Shown: piece after piece, positions 41,501-52,159 of the stretch
Layout: the number at the start of each line of letters is the position of its first letter
Position numbering within the stretch: the stretch's first letter is position 1
NCBI RefSeq assembly: GCF_016433145.1
Contig: NC_058134.1
Span: forward strand, 197,495,804-197,559,803
Direction: 5' to 3'
DNA: 64,000 nt
Origin: Gracilinanus agilis
Lineage: Eukaryota
The notes under the pieces: model-generated
Told to the model about the DNA's origin: nothing
Seen by the model: the letters and a program-made list of their open reading frames with translations, nothing else
Database searches by the model: none
Made by a program: the position numbers and the translations under genes

Positions 41501-42536
41501 TAAAAATCGTATTGCTCGGGATATCTTTATTTCTTATTAAAAAATTAAAATTATTAAAAATTTTAAATATTAAATCAAGACTATTAAAATGAAAACCAAA
41601 ATATTAAAATTAAAATATTAAAACTAGTTTAAAAAGGCTTAATAAGATTTAAAAAAGAAAGAGCTGAGGAGAGAAAGTGGGGGGGGGGGAGAGGGAAAGG
41701 CAATGGAGCAAACCCAGCCAATATATCAACCATGTCTGGTAGTATTCCAATAAGTGCAGTATTCGGTATCCACAGGCCACCTCACCCCACATCCTCCTTC
41801 TTTGCAAAGAAGGGCAAATACTTTTTTTTTCAACTCTTGTCCAGAGCCAGTCTTGGCCACTATCATTACACAGTGTTCAGTTTCATTTCCTGCTCTGCCT
41901 CCCCTTTAAAAAAAATTCTTCCCATTTAGACCATTGCCGTCATTCAGTCACATCATTTTTTTAGGCTGGAAAGGGGGCCTGAAGATTCTTTAGGCCACCC
42001 CACTTTGTTTTATAGATGATCGGTGTGGTACAGGGAGCTCAGGGCATACCGCTTCCCAGGAAGTGTCAGAAATGGGATTTGAAGCCTTTTGGGGTCTTTG
42101 ACTCCAGATTCTTCTAATGCTCTGCTGGAGTTCACTTGGGCCTGACTAGGAGGAACTCTCCCTTCTGGGGCTGTGTACCCCAACATGTCCTGAATGGAAG
42201 ATGAGTTGGAAAAGGAGGGGGCCAAAGTCCAGTGTGGTTTCCAGGCTTGCTCTGGAGCTCACAGTAGATTAATCACAGGAGAGGCAGGAACATCACCCAG
42301 TCCTCCAGGGACTCCAGACCTCCAAGGATCCTCCCAGGTCACCAGGTTGGGTCGTGTCCCCCAACCCCCCATCCTCCGGGCCTCCCCCCATGACCATGTG
42401 CCTGCCCTTTTGCTACTGCAGACACCTGGAGGATGTGTATGAGAACCTGCAGAGTAAGAGCAAGAAGGAGGAAAAGATGAAGAAGCAGCGGTCAGCTGAA
42501 AAAGAGAAAAGCAAAGGATCCCTGAAGAAGAAATGA
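22545..42536 (+). CDS. PTPN6: SHP-1 tyrosine phosphatase, join(22545-22552,22704-22826,23055-23249,26735-26924,27559-27675,27814-27927,31696-31792,32083-32162,32520-32669,34543-34674,35079-35233,40555-40622,40790-40941,41039-41133,42422-42536); 1791 nt, 596 aa
   Basis: Two SH2 domains (WFHRD..., WYHGH...FLVRES), [46 protein letters not shown]; all introns GT-AG with consistent phases. Confidence 0.97.
22704..22826 (+). CDS. PTPN6: PTPN6 exon 3 (N-SH2)
   Basis: 123 nt, [15 protein letters not shown]...FSLSV. Confidence 0.95.
23055..23249 (+). CDS. PTPN6: PTPN6 exon 4
   Basis: 195 nt, [11 protein letters not shown]...NCSDPTSE. Confidence 0.95.
23419..23501. repeat. (TTTC)n microsatellite abutting a gap
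   Basis: Direct reading; probably the expanded tail of the minus-strand SINE beyond the gap. Confidence 0.9.
23502..23998. other. Assembly gap (N)
   Basis: Run of N. Confidence 0.99.
23999..24178 (-). mobile_element. Opossum-type tRNA-derived SINE
   Basis: Ends ...TAGCTGCCCC (head on minus); core GGTCACA/TCTGAGGCCAGATTTGAAC. Confidence 0.8.
25359..25546 (+). mobile_element. Opossum-type SINE
   Basis: GGGGCAGCTAGGTGG head, GGTTCAAA B-box, GTGACCCTGGGCAAGTCACT core, A tail. Confidence 0.82.
26735..26924 (+). CDS. PTPN6: PTPN6 exon 5 (C-SH2)
   Basis: 190 nt, [12 protein letters not shown]...HIKVMCE. Confidence 0.95.
27559..27675 (+). CDS. PTPN6: PTPN6 exon 6
   Basis: 117 nt, [12 protein letters not shown]...FVYLRQ. 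Confidence 0.94.
27814..27927 (+). CDS. PTPN6: PTPN6 exon 7
   Basis: 114 nt, [13 protein letters not shown]...GFWEEFE. Confidence 0.94.
29962..30072 (-). mobile_element. Young 5'-truncated SINE nested in the tail of an older + SINE (~29778-30100)
   Basis: TSD GGAAGGTACAG at 29951-29961 and 30073-30083. Confidence 0.85.
30768..31003 (+). mobile_element. MAR1-type core SINE with RTE-like tail
   Basis: MIR core plus GAAAAGGAAATGGCA...CCAAGAAAAC...AAGAATCAGACAAGACTGAACAA. Confidence 0.7.
31696..31792 (+). CDS. PTPN6: PTPN6 exon 8
   Basis: 97 nt, [12 protein letters not shown]...NRYKNILP. Confidence 0.94.
32083..32162 (+). CDS. PTPN6: PTPN6 exon 9
   Basis: 80 nt, [26 protein letters not shown]. 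Confidence 0.95.
32520..32669 (+). CDS. PTPN6: PTPN6 exon 10
   Basis: 150 nt, [19 protein letters not shown]...VEKGR. Confidence 0.95.
33281..33522 (+). mobile_element. MAR1-type core SINE
   Basis: MIR core plus GAGAAGGAAATG...CACTCCAGTATC...CCAAGAAAACCCCAA...GACTAAACAAC. Confidence 0.75.
33608..33793 (-). mobile_element. Young full-length opossum-type SINE with TSD
   Basis: Retains CpGs; ATAAATTCTT duplicated on both sides; near-identical to the copy at 59021. Confidence 0.9.
34062..34250 (+). pseudogene. Decayed tandem duplicate of PTPN6 exon 9 plus upstream intron
   Basis: Aligns by hand to 31975-32150 at an offset of about 2088; 45/57 columns identical in the exon part; AG acceptor at 34170-34171 retained. 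Confidence 0.85.
34543..34674 (+). CDS. PTPN6: PTPN6 exon 11
   Basis: 132 nt, NKCVPYWPE...VSPLDN. Confidence 0.94.
35079..35233 (+). CDS. PTPN6: PTPN6 exon 12 (WPD loop)
   Basis: 155 nt, [19 protein letters not shown]...IIVHC. Confidence 0.95.
40555..40622 (+). CDS. PTPN6: PTPN6 exon 13 (P-loop)
   Basis: 68 nt, [22 protein letters not shown]. Confidence 0.94.
40790..40941 (+). CDS. PTPN6: PTPN6 exon 14
   Basis: 152 nt, [28 protein letters not shown]...LEVLQ. Confidence 0.95.
41039..41133 (+). CDS. PTPN6: PTPN6 exon 15
   Basis: 95 nt, [17 protein letters not shown]...RTSS. Confidence 0.93.
42422..42536 (+). CDS. PTPN6: PTPN6 exon 16 coding part
   Basis: HLEDVYENL...GSLKKK then TGA at 42534-42536. 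Confidence 0.94.
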
Positions 42537-42760
42537 CCGCTTAGGGATGCTGTGGTAATTCTTCCCACCATGCCCTGCTGGGGTCACCACCAGCAACTAG
42601 TGCTGCCCTTCTGCCTCAGGCTCCATCCCCTTTGCCCCTGTTTTCTCAAACAACCTCCCTTCCCTTTCCCCATGCCTCACCCCAACCCCTCAGCCATTTC
42701 CCTGAGGCCCCCTCTTTCCAGGCACTCCCCTCACTCCCACTTTTCCTTCTTTCTCTACAG

Positions 42761-42995
42761 CCTGATCCCCAGCACCAGAGGACACCAGCTTCTTCCCCCA
42801 CGCCTTCCCTATGGGTATTTATTCCTTGGCTTCCCTCCTCCCTCCCTTTCAATCAGTCCTTTTCTAATTTAATGGCTTTACCTCCGCCCCTGCCCCTCTT
42901 TGCCTACACTGGTCACTGTACATAGCCCCCCGGATGCCAAGGGGACCCCAGCTCTCCTCTGAGCTTGTAAATAAAGCCCCCAGTGCCTCAGCCTT
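42761..42995 (+). other. PTPN6: PTPN6 non-coding last exon (3'UTR) with AATAAA 42970-42975
   Basis: Donor TG|GTAATT at 42555; pyrimidine tract plus CAG acceptor ending 42760; TTGTAAATAAAGCCC. Confidence 0.7.
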
Positions 42996-43149
42996 CGTGT
43001 TCCTGGTGCATGTGTGGGAAGGGGCTCAGGTGGGGGAGAAAGTGCCTTTGGAATTAGACTACCAAGAAAGAGGGTCAGAAACAGAAACTAAGACCAGAGA
43101 ACAGAATGAGACTTGGGCCACAAATGAAAGGGAGGATCGATTAAAGACA

Positions 43150-43435
43150 GGAATGGGTAGACTCAAAATAATAGTCTTCAATGGTTGATGTCAGCTTGTC
43201 AGATGACTTTAGCAGGATTCCCAAAGATCTGTGCTTGGCCCTGTACTATTTAATATTTTTTTAATCAGTAAAAAACTTGCCCAACCCCACCCCCCAAAGA
43301 TGGCATATCTACTCCCTTTGGAAATGATAAAAATTGAGGAGGGAGAATTCACACACTGGATAAGAGACTCCAAAAAGGTCCTGACAAGTTGGTGTGCTGG
43401 ACTGAATCTAAGAAGATGGTGAATCCAACAGGATG
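43150..43435 (+). mobile_element. CR1/L3 reverse-transcriptase fragment (probably continues ~44480-44690)
   Basis: GIPKDLC/VLGPVLFNIF resembles the CR1 RT motif GVPQGSVLGPVLFNIF. Confidence 0.65.
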
Positions 43436-44881
43436 ACATTCAAGGGGCAGCCGGGTAGCTCAGTGGATAGAGGACCAGACCCAGAGATGGGAGGTTCTGG
43501 GTTCCAATATGTTCTCAGACACTTCCTAGCTGTGTGACCCTGGGCAATTCACTTAACCCCGTTGCCTAGTCCTTCCCACTCTTCTGCTCTGGAGCCAGTA
43601 CACAGTAATGATTCTGAGATAGAAGGCATAGTTCTCTATCCACTGAGCCATCCAGCTCCTCCCACAAGTCACTTTTTACCCTCTGTGCCTCAGTAAAATG
43701 AGATAAAGGAAATGGCAAAGCATGCTAGTATATTTGCTAAGAAAACCCCTAAATGAGGTCCCAAAGAGTCGGACACAACTAGAGAGACCCAACAACAGAA
43801 CAAATGCTACATGTCATCTCTTGACTCCATGTTTTACCCAGTGGTGGTGCCCCCTGCCTGGAATGTCCCCCCTCTTTGTCTCTGCCTCCTGGCTTCCTCT
43901 CAGACTCTACTCAAATCTTCCTTGTCCTATAAGAAGCCTTCTGCACTCCCCATTCCCCATTCTGGTCCCCAACCCCAACATACACTCCTGGTGCCTTCTT
44001 CCCTCTGAGACTCCTTTCAGTTTCCCCAGTATATAGTTTGTCTGTGCATGATTGTTGGCATCTCATCTCCCCTTTGCCCTTCCCTGGAGGGCTGAGACTA
44101 TTTTTGCCTTCTTTGTATTCTCAGCCCTTAGTGCAAGTGCTTGACACATAGTAGAAGATTAATTTAATTTATTGTCTATTTGATTAAATTAATTACTGAT
44201 TTGGCTTGTTGACTTAGGCCTTTAAAAAAAATGCAGGCCTAGATGACCTATCTGGGACAGCTTGGTGGCTCAGTGTATAAAAAGCCAAGCCTGAAAGTCC
44301 TGTGTTCAAATCTGGCCTCAGAAACTTCCTAGCTCTGTGAGCCTGGGCTTAACCTTAACCCACATTTACCTGGCCCTTAGTGCTCTTCTGCTTGCGAATG
44401 ATACCTTGTATTGATTCTAAGACAGAAGGTAAGGGTTTAAAAAAAAAAAAGTCATATCTTCCAGGAACAAGGAGGCAATAGTCCCCCATCCTCTACCTTG
44501 GTAAGACCACATCTGAAGTACTGTAGTAAGAGCAGTGATACAGGAAGGAGGGCAACCACAACAGGGAAAGGCCTTGACGTCAAGTCATACGAAGAGTAGT
44601 TTCAAGAACAAGGGATGGTTAAGTTGGAGAAAAGAAGAAGGAGCTGTCTTCAAGTCTTTGAAGAGTGGTCAGATGAGGAGGAATTAGGGATCTATCAGTC
44701 AACCGACAAGCATTGATCACCTTCCTACTAGCGGCCAGACACCGAAGGAGGCACTGCAGCACAAACACAGAAGTGAGACAGACAGTCTCTGACCTCAGGG
44801 ATCTTTCACCCCCCCTGGGTGGATGCAGTGTGTTCGCAGAAAAGCAAGTAGAGAATGCACACACATGCACATACATGCATA

Positions 44882-45219
44882 TAGGGATCCTTCACCTATC
44901 ACGGGAGTTATGTTCCAGAGACCCCCGCAACAGGTGAAAATCCTCAAAGTAGTGGCATTGTATTTATTTTATTATTTATATCTATTTTAAGGCTTTACAA
45001 ACCCTTCTCACTCTCCTATTAACCTTTTCCACACTCTTATAAACACTTCCTATGCTCTTAAACCTTTTCTATACTCTTAAACCTACATCATTTTAACAAA
45101 ATCCCAGGATATAGCCAAAACTCTGCGATACAGAATTCGATTAAAAAACAAAACAAAAAAAAACCCCGCAATACAGTGAAGCCATGATAAGTGAACCATG
45201 ATATAGCAAATGACAGCTG
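44882..45219. mobile_element. Tigger/pogo-like MITE remnant
   Basis: Degenerate inverted termini (AGGGATCCTTCACCTATCAC... / ...GTGAACCATGATATAGCAAATGACAGCTG) around an AT-rich core. Confidence 0.45.
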
Positions 45220-46705
45220 TGTATGCCAAGTAGAAATAAATACTCAATGAATGGAGAAAGGCACGAATAACTGGGCAATCAGGAGAGTCTTCTTGAAGGA
45301 AGTAGCCCTCGAGCTGGGCTTTGAAAGGATTCGGGGGTTCCAACAGGGGAAGGTAAGGAGAGTGAGAATTCCAGGAGTGGGAGACAACCTTTGCAAAAGG
45401 ATCAAGGTGGGAGATGGAATGTTGTGCACAGGGAATAGGAAATAAGCCAGTTTGACTCAAGGACAGAGTGTTTTGGAGGGAGCAAGATGTCATCGAACTG
45501 AAAAGATAAGCCTGTGAAGGGCTTCAAAAACCAAACAGAAAAGATTTCGTATGATGCTAAGGACCATAGGGAGCCCATGGAGGGGAGGGCAGGGGAAGAT
45601 GACAGTGGTTGTGAGATGAAAGGGATTTATTTGGGGATTTGTGGAGATGGAGGGTACAATCCCACCAAGTGGAGGACGCATAGGTAGGGGGGTGGGTTGT
45701 GACCTCAGAAGGACATAATGGGAGTCATATGATCAGATCTGTGCCTTAGAAATATTAGTTTGTCAGTGAGCAGAGTTGGGGATGGATTGGAAAGGGAGAG
45801 ATGGTGCAGGGAGACCAATTATGACCATGTTTCAGTAATCTAAACGAATGCTGATGAGGGTCTAAACAAGAAGGCTGTGCTTGGCACCTGATTGTATGGG
45901 AAGGGTAAGTGAGAAGCAAGAGGCCAAGCTGGCTCCTTGGTTGTGAACCTGGATGACTTGAGGGATGTACTGTGGACAAAAGGAGGGAAGTTGGGAGGAG
46001 GGAAAGGTTTAGGAGGAAAGATGAGTTCTGGCTTGGACATGTTGGGTTTAAGATGCTTATGGTGCCTACAGATGGAAATGTCAAGCAGCCAGTGGGAGAT
46101 AGGAAATGAGCTTAGGAGAGCAAGATAAAGGCTGAAGAGCTCGATTTGGGAATCATCTCCATAGAATCGTTATTTTTAGGCTTGGTGGGAAGCCCAGAAG
46201 CAGTGGGTGGGTGGGATTGGCAGAGACAAATTTAGATTTGATATCAGGATAAACTTCCTAACAATTAGGTCCATCCTAGCAGCAGAATAGGCTGTGTTGG
46301 GAGGTAGACAGCTCCCCCTGGCTTCAAAGCAGAAGGTGGATGTGACTGTGGGTCACCCTGTGGAAGGGTGGATTCCTTTGGGGATATGAGTTAGGGCAGA
46401 TGGCTCTTGGGATCCCTTCCAACTCTTCCCTAATGCCCTTTCCCTTTGGGAGCTTTAGAGCTAGAGATGAGAGTGAGATAGCGACAGTGTGTCCTTCTGA
46501 GGGGCCCAGAATTGAACAAAATCCTCCAGGTATGTTCCACTCAGTGTAGGGTGCAGAGTACTCCAAGATCACCTGTCCTGGACGATTTCCTTCTAATGCA
46601 GCCTCAGATCACTCTGCTTTGATCCCTGGATCCCTGGAGAGGAGTGGCCTGGGATAGAGGGGAGAATGTTGGAGTAGGAGCCAGGCATCTTGATTCTTCC
46701 ATTTT

Positions 46706-46881
46706 NNNNNNNNNNNNNNNNNNNNNNNNNNNNNNNNNNNNNNNNNNNNNNNNNNNNNNNNNNNNNNNNNNNNNNNNNNNNNNNNNNNNNNNNNNNNNNN
46801 NNNNNNNNNNNNNNNNNNNNNNNNNNNNNNNNNNNNNNNNNNNNNNNNNNNNNNNNNNNNNNNNNNNNNNNNNNNNNNNNN
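46706..46881. other. Assembly gap (N)
   Basis: Run of N. Confidence 0.99.
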
Positions 46882-48474
46882 TTAAAAAAATTCTTTTTAA
46901 AGCTTTTGTTGGTAATTTCTGATTCTTACATCATCCTAGTATCCCATATATCCCTTCCTCTCCCCCTCCCAGAGAGTCATCCCATATGACTAATGATATT
47001 TTCCCAGAGAGGAAAAAAAGCCAGCACACCTGAATGCTACATTGACAAAGTATAAAAACAGTAGCATCTGTGGACCTCTCACCTCCCCAAAGGGGCACAT
47101 TAGGGACATCTTTTCCTGCCTCTTCATTTGAGTCCTGATGATCTTTGTAATTTTGTTACATGTCCTTTTGGCTTTTTGGCATGTCGCTCTTTCCATTTAC
47201 ATTGTTGTAGTTATTATGTATATTGGGAAGTGAGCGTTTAGTAAGCATCTGCTGTGTACCAGGTTCAAGCACTTGACAAAGATTAGATCACTTGATTCTC
47301 ACAACATAGAGAAGTGGTTGCTATTTTGATTCCCATTTTAGGAAACTAGGACGGACAGAGGTTAAGTGACTTGCCCAGGGTCACAGAGTTAGTAATTACC
47401 AGAGGTTAAATTTTAACTCAGGTCTCACTGACTCCCTGCCCAGAGCTCTACCCCCCACGCCACCTAAGTGCCTCTGGAGAAGTCACTTCATGCCCCTGAG
47501 CCTCAAGCTCTTCATCTGTAACAGGAAGATAACAAGACTAGGAACAAATGAAATGATGGTTATGAAAGTCCTCTGATGACTTTAAAATGAAATATAAATA
47601 TGAGACTCTTGCATTATACACCCACCCAGTTTGTGACTGACCCTTTGTTAAATAAGAGCGGGTCTATGGATAACAGGTTATACTATAATTTCAGGGGGAT
47701 CAACAATAATAAGGAGATATCTCAGGGGCAGTGAGGTGGCTCAGTGGAGAGAGCCAGGTCTGGAGTCAGGAGGTCCTGGGTTCAAATCTGGCCTCAGACA
47801 TTTCCCAGCTGTGTGACTCTAGACAAGTTATTTAACTCCCATTGCCTAGCCCTTCCTGCTCTTCTGCCTTGGAACTAATACTAATAAATTGATTCTAAGG
47901 CGGGTTTTAAGACATTCTAAGAAGGTAAGGGTTTAAGAAAAATGATGATATTTCACATTTATGTAGCACTTTACAGTTTGCAAAGCAGTGTTCATGGATG
48001 ATTTCATTTGATATTTACCACAGACCCATGAGGTAAGTGTTATCATTTCTGTTTTATAGATGGAGTGGCTTGGAGAGTGATTTGTCTAAGGTCACACTAC
48101 ATATCGGAGGCATCTTAGGGTCACGTAGTCAGTATTTCTCAGCAGTAAGACTGATCTAACTCCAACAGTATCAATTCCAAGACAGAAGAGCAGTAAGGAC
48201 TAGGAAGTTGGAGTTAAGTGACTTGCCCACAGTCACACAGCTAGGAAGTGTCTGAGGCCAGATTCGAACTCTGCTTTTCCTGATTCCAGGACCTAGCTGT
48301 CCCAATTCTCCTTTATCTTCTCCTAAATCCAGAACCACTCTTTTCTACCTTCCTCTAAACATCCAGGGGTGGGGAAAGATTTTTATTACAACCCAACTCC
48401 TTCCCCCAGGATACATTGCTCTCTCCTCACTTTAGAGCCCTTCTCCTCTTTCCTTAAGCGACACTTGTGATCGT

Positions 48475-49783
48475 TGTCTAAATCTGCTCATGAGGCTCAA
48501 GGGCTACCAGCTTTAAATCTATAGATAACGGCACATAGATTATCTAGCAAGCAATTTAAATATCTGAGTTGTCCATCGAGGGCCGGTCTACTCCTGCCCA
48601 TCCGCCCAAGGTCCTCACCAGTTTCTCTTGGGCTCAGTGTGGTATCCTTTCTAAAAGACTGCAGGGTCCTTACTGTCCAACTTAAGTCAGTCTGCAGAAG
48701 CCTAGATTTCCTTCCTATTGCCAATTCTGCAACTGCAGTGGCTGCTGTTTGAGTCAGATCTATTTGATTGGGCTTGGAACAAATGTAAGGAATGATGGTA
48801 TTTACTAAAAATATTAAGATATGTAACAATTAAAAGATGGTCTGGAGGCTCAGCACCAGAGTTATAAGCATCTGACCTTTCATCTTGGAGTCAATACTGT
48901 GTATTGGTTCCAAGGCAGAAGAGTGGTAAGGGCTAGGCAATGGGGGTCAAGTGACTTGCCTAGAGTCACACAGCTAGGATGTGTCTGAGGCCAGATTTGA
49001 ACCTAGGACCTCCCATCTCTAAGCCTGACTCTCAATCCACTGAGCTACCCAGCTGCCCCCTATAAGCATCTATTAATAAAGAGAAAGAGAGAGAGAAGAG
49101 AGAGATTCCCGTCTCACTAATTTAAGATAAAAATCAGGTCCCAGATTTCAGCCCAGTGTGGTTTCTTCCATGCTGGGCTGCCCCTTGTGAAGAGCCAGCC
49201 CAGGGAGTCAGTCTGCTCAAGAGCAGAAATAGAGACTAAGAGCGCTTCTCACCTGGGTTTAAAAATCCTCCTAACCCACTTGCTTTTAAACATCATGCTG
49301 GTTTGGTGACATTCCTCTGGCTCTCTTTCCTTTGCTAGGGACACCCATAGCAACACTGACTCTGCCACCTTGTCACCCACCCTAATGCTGACTCTCACAC
49401 TCACACCAGGGCATTCCAGGGCTTAGACTCTTGGGATCAACATCCTCTAAATAATTTCCTTCATATAATCTCTGCTCTGATTCTCGGGGAGGCCAGCATG
49501 TCAAGTCTCCCCACTTCTTGGTTTTTTCAGGAGTTTGACATGTCGGGTCTCCCCAGTGAATCATTCCACATATGGAGCCTTTACATTTAGGATTTTCTCA
49601 CTAGGGGATATCAAAATAGGAAACATATTGTACATGACATGGAGGTAGTGTGTGATTTCTGCAAGCATCCTTATAGCATTTTCTCCAGAGGATCCACTTT
49701 CCTGATATAGGGTGTTGGCGATTAGCTTTTCCTACAATTACTTTCAAAGCTCTTAAACTTTGGACTTTTAACATAATTACACA
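48475..49783 (-). mobile_element. ERV 3' LTR (about 1.1 kb without the nested SINE)
   Basis: Minus-strand polypurine tract GAGAGGGGGAT (49784-49794) followed by TG at 49783; the far end TG at 48475 is tentative. Confidence 0.55.
48874..49060 (-). mobile_element. SINE nested in the LTR
   Basis: TSD TATAAGCATCT at 48863-48873 and 49061-49071. Confidence 0.85.
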
Positions 49784-50449
49784 ATCCCCCTCTCAGGAGG
49801 GTATTTACCAACAATAAAATCAATGCAGGATGTATGGCTAAGCTATAAGGTATATGAATCAATTCTCCCAGAAACAAGAGGAGAGAGAAAAATTAAAATT
49901 AAAAATATATATTAAAATCCTATATGTATAAAAACATGAGCACAAATTAAGATCATAACAGGGCCTTGATTCATCATCAAGGTCCAATTGAGGTAGCTTG
50001 TATTCTACAATCATGCGGGACAGGTGCAGCAGTATTGCAGTTACCCAACATCAGCCAGGACCACAGAAGACAAAAAAAGACAAAAGGCTGAGGAAAAAGG
50101 GAAATATGATTCCCTGGTCTGATTTCTACTTCACTCACAGGGATAGTAAGCCAAAATTAAAGCCAAGCAGAGATACATGTCAGTCTCACCTAAAGGCAGG
50201 AAATAGGGAAGTCCAATGTCGGGGCTTGCCAAACAGCTGCTTCCTCCAATCCTCTGAGGCAGATCCTCTACCTTGGCATAGATCATCACCCACTCTACAG
50301 GGATTGTTGGTCTCCTTGATCTTGTGTTCCTTTGCACTGATCAGTGGCTCATTAGCAGTTGCTTCTTCTGAAATCAGACTCGAATATCAGTTAAAATCCC
50401 ATAATATTTAACAACCAGTGGCAGATTTCCATAGCCTAAACCTTTTGGG

Positions 50450-52150
50450 TATGCAATGTTATCAGAGCTAATAGGTATTGTAAACTAATCCTTCAGTATC
50501 AAAATATTAATACTGATTCCATATACTTAAGCTAAAAGAATCAAACTTCAATTAGGAAGAGAGAAAGAAAAAATTCAAATAGAAAATCATATTGTACATC
50601 TCATTAAACAATGGGCCAGCGAAACATAGGCATAGCAAAAAGACTTATTACTCAAAAGGGAAAGACATTGTCTCTCTAGCTCAGCCATAATCCACAATCT
50701 GAGTGTATGTCATTTTTTCACCACGTAAAAGCTTGGTATGAGTTAAGACAAATTCGAAAGGGTACCCCAGTTCCCAGGATCAAAAAGGCCCATTTGGCTA
50801 GAGTAGCTAACAAGCCAGTTCCCAGTAGCCATAAGAGTTTCTGCCATGCACCATCAGATGCCACAGGGGTCTCTAAAGCAACTTTCTCCGTGTCATGCAA
50901 AATCCTTTGAAGCTCATGGACTTTTGTCACGATTTCACCAGGTCTATTTATATAGGAGCAATAAGATTGATTAATAAGGGCACACGCAACTCCCTCTGCA
51001 GCCTTGTATCAAGAACCAGCCGGTTTTGTATAACTGTCTTTGCTGAGGAGTCAGTCTGGGAGCAGCTTCAACTGGATCTAGAGCCAATCTTTCAACCTCA
51101 GCAGGGAGATTTCTCATAGAATCGATTATTGCCATCATTCCAAAAATTGGGCAGAACCTCCCAGAAAAGCCTCTGTAGTTCTTGACCTCTTGGTTCTTGA
51201 CTGCCCCCAATTACCCAGATTCCTAGCTGTGGACCTGCCCACCTGGCCAGTGAAATGATCTCGCACCCATACTGGTGGGTACCATAAACCAAAGCACAAG
51301 CGCCATCCCACCCTTGGGAAAGGTGGTAAGCGGAAGAGTTACAGACACAGAACTGCCTGGGGATCACCGAGCCCCATGAGAAATCCACCTTCAGTGGGGA
51401 CGAGGCAGTAACAGCCGTAAAAGACACGCATGCATGTGTCCCATCCTTTGTGTTTTCTAGCTTTGCCATCACACAAATAACTGTTTTGGTAGGGAATGGA
51501 ATGGCGAGATCGCCCTTTACATTGTGGCCCGCACGCCTCCTCCTCAATGAACACTTTCCTCTCTCCATGCACAAGTCAAAGGTAGGCACCCGACTGATCG
51601 GGGGTCGTGGGGCTCCCGAGTATCTGAAAAACAAGTCAGAAGACCTGTTCAAATCAACGGAGATTTTCAAATCTTTAAATTTCTCGAAGACCAATGATAC
51701 AGGATGTAACCAGTTTGGTGGAGTCCATCTATCACTATTTATGTGACATGTAACAAAAGCCAAAGCGGGAAAAGGTTTTTTGGGTAACACCCGACCTTCC
51801 TGGGGTGCAAGTTGTGGCAAAGTCTCATTCCTCTGGCCTGGAACTGTTGTCCGTGACAAAATGGAGCTCTGATGGATCTGGTGACAGACCAACCATCCAT
51901 AAGGACCGATGGCTTTGCCTTGAGAGAGACTTTGTCTGACTTCTCCATGGACTTTTATAAGAGCGTTATCCCTTGTCTAGTTGTGAGAAGAGACAAATGA
52001 AGACAATGTAACAGAATTTATAGCTAAGAGCCAAAACATCCTAACTAGAGGCAACATTGTGTAACAGAAAACCCTAGATTAGATTATTTCATAAACTTAA
52101 AGCAAAACCAAAGCCCCAAAGAAACAAGCAATAAATGCAGGGTGTGTGAT
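50450..52150 (-). pseudogene. Frameshifted gamma-type retroviral env remnant
   Basis: Furin site RTKR 51186-51197; ISD IQNRLVLD 51008-51031; then AAEGVACALINQSYCSYIN (degenerate CX6CC); hydrophobic TM-like segment; motifs lie in different frames. Confidence 0.85.
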
Positions 52151-52159
52151 GGGAGAAGG

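Noticed and set aside
51098-51892. 264-aa env ORF as a domesticated syncytin-like gene
   Set aside because: Furin site, ISD and cysteine motif lie in different frames with stops, so no intact env can be made
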